IMG/VR virus record: IMGVR_UViG_3300036832_001138
Coordinates: 1-64,000 of that record
Direction: 5' to 3' (one strand)
Length of the DNA stretch: 64,000 bases
From: a virus
Of this stretch, positions 57,568 through 64,000 are shown piece by piece. The first letter of the stretch is position 1. Every line of letters begins with the position of its first letter. The translations under genes and the position numbers were made by a program. A model generated the notes under the pieces. The model ran no database searches. It was given only the letters and a program-made list of their open reading frames with translations, and was not told the DNA's origin.

Positions 57568-59241
57568 TTAGCGCCAGCCTCCCGCGCCAGCCTTGATTTT
57601 GTCCTTGATCCAAATCGCTTCGTCCGCGGCGGTCATCGCACCTTTCGGTATGTGCCTTGAGCGCCGCGGGTGCCACGTATACGGCACATCGATCTCCTGC
57701 ATTAACAGGTGATCGCGGCCCGGCACCGTGATCGAAACGTCATAGCCTGCCCATGTGAATTCGCGCAGCCCGCGAAATTGCATCGGCATCGCGCGCCCGT
57801 CGGCGCGCACGTGCGGACGCACAGCATGAAATATCCGCTGCTCACGGCCATTCTTATCGAGCACGTGGTCGCGATCCTTGAAAAAGTACGGAAGCCGATT
57901 CGGCTCGATGCCAAACACCGCCGTCAGATCGCCCTTCGAAACTGATACGCGGCAGGTCGCATAATAGGATTCCTCAATCTGTTTCACCGCGTTGCAAAAC
58001 AGATGCGCGAGATGCAGTTGTGCGTTCAATCCGTATTGCTTCGCCCATTCTTGGTAGTTGTGCGGGATGCGCCAATCGTGCTCGGTCCGATAATTGCCGC
58101 CTGTTGTCTCGCGCGTCTTCAATACGCGAATGACACTGCCGTCATCGCTCACCCAAATCGGAAACGAGTTCGGCACACCCCAACGCCTTTTGAACTTCGG
58201 ATGCTCGGGACGATCCCACCAAACTGTCAGAACGTAGAGCTTGCCACCGACCTTTGGCTGCACATACCACGGGATGTTTCTGTAGCGCACGAAATAGAGG
58301 AATTTCGGCGTCCACATCTGTCCCTTGTTCGTGGTGTTTTCCCATTCTTCGTCGTGCGGGTTGACGCCATGGGCAACGCAACCGAACACCGGCCAATATT
58401 TCTTGAACCACGGAGTCAGGCGAATGTCTTCCTTGTATCTTTTTAGTTCCTCGCCGCGAATCTTGTGCTGCGGATCGTGCTTGATATTGGTTTGCGTTGC
58501 CGTGTAAGGCAACAACGTCGCGCCGATCACCTTGTAAAAGTCATAGGCGTCGACATCGTGTTTTTTCATCCGCTCGATGTAAACCCAATAGCGCTCAAGC
58601 TGCATTAAGATCGTGTCGCGGAAATTGAACGTGCCGAAGAATTCGGATTCCTTGAAAAGTACATCGCCCTTGCCATCACCCTCCATCCATTCGTCGGCGA
58701 TAATGTCGTCATTCGGATCAACGAACGCATCTTCCACAAGCGGCGGCGGCTGTTCCTTCGGTTCGCTCGGAATAGAGACTCGTTCCTGTTTGACGGGTTC
58801 AGGACCGCCGCGCTCGACCCAAACGTCGTGCTTCATGCGCGCGCGCTCAAGCTCGCGAAGGTGATCATCTTGACGCTTGCGTACATCACGGCGCTGTTGC
58901 GGTGAGAGTTCGTCGATCGCCTTGGCTCTACGCTGCCGCCTAGAACTTCTCGGCTCGGATTCAAACGCCGATGCTGGCGGCTCTTGCGGCGGCTCGAAAG
59001 CGAACGGCGATTGCGGCGTTACGCTTGGTTGCGGCTCAGCTTGCGGCAGCGATGCGATAGGCGCGCTTGGCGCGCTCGCAGGCGAAACGACTGGCGCGGG
59101 CGGCTCGACTTGCGCGGGCGGCTCGACTTGCGTTGCTGGCGGTTGCGGTTCTTGCGTCGATTGCTCGACATGCGCCCCCTCGCTTGGCCGAAACCATGCT
59201 ACCGTCTGCCAGAACCATTGCCGCAGCCGTGCCAGCATCAT
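57568..59241 (-). CDS. Large hypothetical protein
   Basis: 557 aa with a Pro/Gln-rich N-terminus; no family recognised. Confidence 0.65.
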   Translation of the reverse strand: MMLARLRQWFWQTVAWFRPSEGAHVEQSTQEPQPPATQVEPPAQVEPPAPVVSPASAPSAPIASLPQAEPQPSVTPQSPFAFEPPQEPPASAFESEPRSSRRQRRAKAIDELSPQQRRDVRKRQDDHLRELERARMKHDVWVERGGPEPVKQERVSIPSEPKEQPPPLVEDAFVDPNDDIIADEWMEGDGKGDVLFKESEFFGTFNFRDTILMQLERYWVYIERMKKHDVDAYDFYKVIGATLLPYTATQTNIKHDPQHKIRGEELKRYKEDIRLTPWFKKYWPVFGCVAHGVNPHDEEWENTTNKGQMWTPKFLYFVRYRNIPWYVQPKVGGKLYVLTVWWDRPEHPKFKRRWGVPNSFPIWVSDDGSVIRVLKTRETTGGNYRTEHDWRIPHNYQEWAKQYGLNAQLHLAHLFCNAVKQIEESYYATCRVSVSKGDLTAVFGIEPNRLPYFFKDRDHVLDKNGREQRIFHAVRPHVRADGRAMPMQFRGLREFTWAGYDVSITVPGRDHLLMQEIDVPYTWHPRRSRHIPKGAMTAADEAIWIKDKIKAGAGGWR

Positions 59242-59248
59242 CGCTCTC

Positions 59249-59707
59249 TCACACCACGGTGAGTTTGACGGGCTTCTTTCGTTTCAACCGTTGCAGCCGC
59301 GTTGCACGCGCGAGATCGCGCGCTTGGACTTCTTCAACAGCATACGGCTTCAATGCTTCGAGCAGACCGTCGAGATGATAGATATTCGTCGAACTTTTTT
59401 TGTGGAGATTTCGTCGCTGCTCGCGCCCGATAAGCCTAGCGTGCTCTAAACTCGCAATGCGCCGTTGAACGGTGCGCGGGTGGATGCCCATTGCGTGCGC
59501 AATGGTGACCTTCGAAGGATGCGGAAGAGTCTCACGTTCCCACCAATAGCGCAGCAAATGAATGACGATCACAACATCGGTCGAGTCGATCCCGAGCGCG
59601 GTCATGTGCTCGAAAAGCATATTCGGGACGGCCGTCCATCCCGCCTCCACAAGCTCCTTGCCAAACTTCTGTTCGATGGCGCGCGGCTTTTTCGATTCGT
59701 CGGGCAT
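59249..59707 (-). CDS. Winged-HTH protein (replication-initiator-like N-terminal HTH)
   Basis: 'GWTAVPN...PHPSKVTIAHAMGIHPRTVQRRIASLEHARLI...TNIYHL'. Confidence 0.7.
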   Translation of the reverse strand: MPDESKKPRAIEQKFGKELVEAGWTAVPNMLFEHMTALGIDSTDVVIVIHLLRYWWERETLPHPSKVTIAHAMGIHPRTVQRRIASLEHARLIGREQRRNLHKKSSTNIYHLDGLLEALKPYAVEEVQARDLARATRLQRLKRKKPVKLTVV

Positions 59708-60024
59708 CGGTGCCTCCCACGGCTACATAGATCACCGCGGCATTGTTGCAGAGTCCCACCAGGGAGACAGGCGTGCCTTGGGGGCGACGTTCTGATGGGT
59801 TTCGAATACTGTGTGCAGCTTGCGGTGGTTCTTTTTTGTAGGGCACGCGTGTCGCCCCATCCCCGGACACTGGCGTCGTGAGGGGGGAGGCAATGGTGTC
59901 TCCCCCGCTACCGAAAAATAACGATTTTTTCGCTTTAACCGAGACACCGCGGTCGCCCTATTTACCCGCGGCCATTGTCCGACCGTCGCCGTCGGCTGTC
60001 AAACGGTCCGATACGGGCATCCCC

Positions 60025-63000
60025 TCATTTTTTTCCCGCGTCGAGCCATTCGCGGATTTTGATCAACCAAACACCCTGCGCGACCGTGGGGCGTGCGTCG
60101 GCGCTCACCGCAAGCTCGTTGGTCATCTTGCGGATAAATCTTCGATCTTCGGCATCGATGTTGGGAAGCTTGCGCTGCTCGGCGTCCGCCTGCGCAACGT
60201 CGCGCTCGATCGTGACCACGAGCGCAAACCAATCGTCGGGCGAGCGCTCGGTACCCCGCGCCGAATCCACGATGATGGCGATGATTGAAAGAAAAACGGC
60301 AAACGTTGCAACGCCAGCGGCAAATCCCGACCAAAATGTCCACCACGCCTGCCGGTTCACAGCGAAAACTCTTTGATGAACTTGCGCAAGCCCAAATCAT
60401 CGCCCGCCGCAGCTAATCGCAAGCCCTCGATCGTGCGCTCCGGACGAAAATGCGGATCGTGATTCTGTAGCTCGGAAATCAGCATCGCGATCGCGTTCTG
60501 TGGCTCGCGCGGCAGATAGCCGAGCGCCTTGCGTTTGGCGGCGGCGAGTTGGGAGTCGGTGATCATCGGTGCAATACTCCGAACCACCATAGCAGCGCCA
60601 TGATCGCCAGCGTGGCGAGAGCCGCGATGCTGCGAACCTCAATCTGATTCATCGCGATGTTATTCTTGGCACTGGTTTCTCGATTTGCGGCTGCGATGGT
60701 GGGCGTTCCCAACCGCGCTGATCCATGAATTCTTCGGGCGATGAGACGACCTGACACCATTCCCAAACCATGACTATTTGCATTTCATGGTGTTCGCTGT
60801 AGCCGAAGATGCGATCTTGGCCCGGAAGGCCACGGCGACTAACGGATTCGTTGTACCGCGTGATAAAGGCCACGCCGACTAGATATTTACCGAAAGTTTC
60901 TAGGACCAGCGCCGTTCGATTCCTGTCGAGAGCGCGCGCGAAAACGATTCTCATATCCCAAACCTCCGTCCAGTATAGCGGTAGCCTCCAATCTGGCGGT
61001 ATGTGTGCGAACGCGATCGGCATGATCTCGCATCAGTCATCCTTGGTGAACACGTGTTCGTGGTAATCGCAGAAATCGTTGGGCGGCCAATCGCCCATTT
61101 CTTCGACCCACGCGATCGCGTCTTGCTGGTGCGCAAAAATAAATTCCTCGCATAGCTCGCACACGGCGGATTCGCAGTGGCGCACGCGATGATGGAAGCG
61201 GCACAGCACCTCCAAATCTGTGTCCAACTCTGCGCCGAGCCGTTCATAGCTGCGATGGTGCACCTCAAGATTTTCCGTCACGGCACAGCGCGGACCGCGC
61301 GGGCCATCGTCATGGAATTCGCAACATGGCACGAATTCGCAACGATGCCCGGCGGCAATGAGCCGTCGCCTGCGCCGCTCCGCCCACGTGATCGAGGCGA
61401 GATAGTTGCGATAATCGGTTTTGCGGAAACTGGTCATTTCAAAGTCTCATTGAGATACGAGGCCCACATCTTGCCGCCGAGACGATCGGCCAATGACGGA
61501 TCAAGCGGTCGGCCGTCGTCGCGCTTCGGATCGCGTCGTATCCAATGCCGCCAAGTGGCGGGCGAAGTCGGAGCGCGCGGATTGGTGTCCATCTGATCGT
61601 GAATGCACCGGAGTCCAGCTTCTAGCGGTAGCCACGGCTTGATTCCAAAAAACTCATAACCCGCATACTGGACGGGCTTGCATGCCAACTCGCCGAGACG
61701 CTTGGCAAGGTCCATCAACTTTTTCAGTACATCCACGGCATCATCCAATCGATCGAAAAACACCGAAGTGCTCGCATCGCCGAATGCGGCGGCCTCGACC
61801 GTCGCCCAACAGGTGACGCGCCAGCCGTAGTAACGATATGCTTGGATCAGACCGAAATGCTCGTAGCCGGTCCATCCGCCGTATCTGCCGCAGTTTTCAT
61901 TATAGATCACGCGTTTTCCTCGCCACCGCGCTTGCAATTGTTCGGTCGTCAAATAGCGATGTGTGACTTCGATGGATCGGCGGTCAGCGTTCATTCGGAT
62001 GATCCGATCTCTGTGCTGATATACCGATCGAAATATTCCGGCTCTACGTCGATATCGCCACGTGGTTCGCCGCCGATGCACGCCAATTCATTTGCCTCGA
62101 TCGCCAATTCCGCCGTGTTGCTGATCGCTTCGAGGCGATCGAGCGCATACCAAGTTGGCTTGCCGTCGCGGTCGTAGCCTTCCTCGCGAATCGTTTCCAA
62201 TTCGTAAATGATGCGAGCGATCGCGCGATCTAAACCTTGGCGGCTAATCATTCCCTTTCCTCGTCGAGCGCTTCGCGCATGGCTCTGGCTTTTTTCACGT
62301 GTGCATCCAACTCGGCGTTGATGCGGTCAAAGAGTTCGGGCGCGTTGCCTTCGTCTTCGATCACCTTCATTACCCATGTCGCACCGGCATAGAACACAAC
62401 CTCGATCAGCAATTGCAGATGCGCGTTCGGATGCGGCCATTGCTTCGCAATGATTTCCTCTTGCACCGTGCGGAAGCCTTCGGCGATCAAATCCGCTTGC
62501 GTGGTCATCGCGCGTTCTCCTTATCCGGCAGCGTTGCAAGTATTCTTTCCACGATGCTATCGATCATCGCTGGCCCGACCGGAACTTGATCAAATCGTTT
62601 AAGGACTTCACGCACAAAGTCTTCGGTGTGCGCGCGATCCCAATCGCTGATCGGATGCTTGCGTTTCATTGTTCGGCCTTGACCATTGCCACGATTTCGG
62701 CGTGTTTCGCTTCGGCTTCCTCCCACGTCGCGGTGCGAAAGTCTTCCTGATTGTGTTTGCCGCCGAATACCTTCGTTTCAAATGGCATCTTGTCGGGCGT
62801 GAGAACGAGCCCGACGAATACGGTGCTGATCCACACATCGCCGATCTCCGTCTCCGCGACGCGGCGGTTTTCCGTTTTCAAGTACCAGCGAAACCATTCG
62901 TCATTGTTTGGATGCTGCACAACTTTTTTGTCGACAAGGATGAACGTGCACGCATCCAAATATGCCGCGTGCCCCATGTTGGTCATGGCAATGGCCCCCC

Positions 63001-63976
63001 ACCGACATGGAAGATTGTTGTATTTTGCTTTTTCGCAATCTCGTAGCCTTCGCGATCTAATAGTGTCATCAGCAAGTCGACGGTTTGCCCCACGGTGAGC
63101 TTTTCGCCTTCCATGCGGATCATTGCCGAGCCGAGCAACACGATCATCACGTCGCGGGTGCTGGTGGTCATCTTGGATACGAGCCCATGCTTGGTTACTT
63201 TGTCGAGCGCTTGCGCGAGCTTGGTATTGTCGGTCATTCGTGTGCTCCCGTCACTTTTTTGCGTTTGCCCGGAAGTGTCTCGGCGAGCTTGTTGGCGCAG
63301 TTGAGACAAATCTTTTTCGGCTTGCGCGGTACGTGCCAGCGAAACATGATCTTGGTTCCGCAATGCGCGCAAAAGCCGGTGAGGTTGTCGTCGAACTTCG
63401 ATGGCCCATCGGGCATGCAAACAACGTAATCGACCGTTTCCGCTTCGGCTTCGCTGACAACCGTGACCGGCACGCCGCCGAGAGTGATCTTTTCTCGCTT
63501 TCGCTTGGTCATTGTCGCGATTGCTTTCCGTCGCAGTTATCGCCCTTGGCCACCATCTGGCTATGCTCGACGCGGCGATCGATAACTTCGCGCAATGCCG
63601 TGCGCTTCTCGCAAGACCATCCGCTCTTTGCTATTGTGAGATAGCGGCAACACGCCTTGCCTTGACCGAGCCTGCACACCGATTCCACCCATTCGTCATG
63701 CGGCGGCGCATCCGACCAAACCCGCGCTTTCTCGGTCTTTTGCACACGCCGTCGTCGCCGTTTCCTCCGGCCGGTCATCATCGCCAGCAGTTTGCCGGTC
63801 ATCATCGCAGGTTCGCCGTTCACCACCGCCAGCGGTTTGCCGTTTATCATCGCTCTTGCGACTCCACCATCCGCCGCACATAAATGCCGGAGCGGGTTGG
63901 TTGTTTGCAGTAGTCGCAAGTCTCGGGCTCGGGCTCGCGAAGTCGCACGGGCTCTTGCCCGGCCAAGCGATTCCAA
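60025..63976 (-). other. Run of small coupled hypothetical genes (60025-60360, 60649-61023, 61434-61994, 61991-62251, 62248-62508, 62666-62986, 62983-63237, 63234-63512, 63509-)
   Basis: 4-bp overlaps between consecutive - strand ORFs. Confidence 0.55.
61033..61437 (-). CDS. HNH endonuclease
   Basis: 'YLASITW..RR...RCE...LEVHHRSYERLGAE...DLEVLCRFHH'. Confidence 0.75.
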   Translation of the reverse strand: MTSFRKTDYRNYLASITWAERRRRRLIAAGHRCEFVPCCEFHDDGPRGPRCAVTENLEVHHRSYERLGAELDTDLEVLCRFHHRVRHCESAVCELCEEFIFAHQQDAIAWVEEMGDWPPNDFCDYHEHVFTKDD

Positions 63977-64000
63977 CAGGCTTCGCAGATCGCTACCGTC

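Overview
A 64-kb fragment of a GC-rich tailed phage (or prophage) genome, probably infecting Alphaproteobacteria (inferred from GapR-like, DUF3309 and VPGP-CTERM genes). Positions 1-17.7 kb (+) encode a Mu-like contractile-tail baseplate, tail fibres and a lysis module. Positions 17.7-47.6 kb and 52.7-64 kb (mostly -) hold many small early/accessory genes, an AAA-ATPase module and RecT/YqaJ recombination genes. Positions 47.8-52.8 kb (+) encode a GapR-like protein, a DNA methyltransferase, a RuvC-like resolvase and a primase-helicase. The main finding is an RNA-guided TIGR-Tas-like system: a nuclease-less Nop/IS110-related protein (52733-53647, -) sits downstream of two stem-loop arrays of 22 and 10 units (stem-CCA-N9-TGAACTCCA-N9-TG-stem) driven by a near-consensus sigma70 promoter. 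Four more guide units are scattered antisense among the virion and lysis genes. Read as a 17-bp target (the two 9-nt spacers on opposite strands, overlapping by 1 bp), four guides match this phage's own loci at 15-16/17, in two cases with only synonymous differences, and one guide spells the array linker itself. This points to allele-specific targeting of closely related phages. Also present are a repeated three-hairpin intergenic element that organises a gene-cassette array (28.4-33.5 kb), a GGGCCANTGGCCC operator regulon and a split Mu-N-like gene. All matches were found by eye, not by an exhaustive search.
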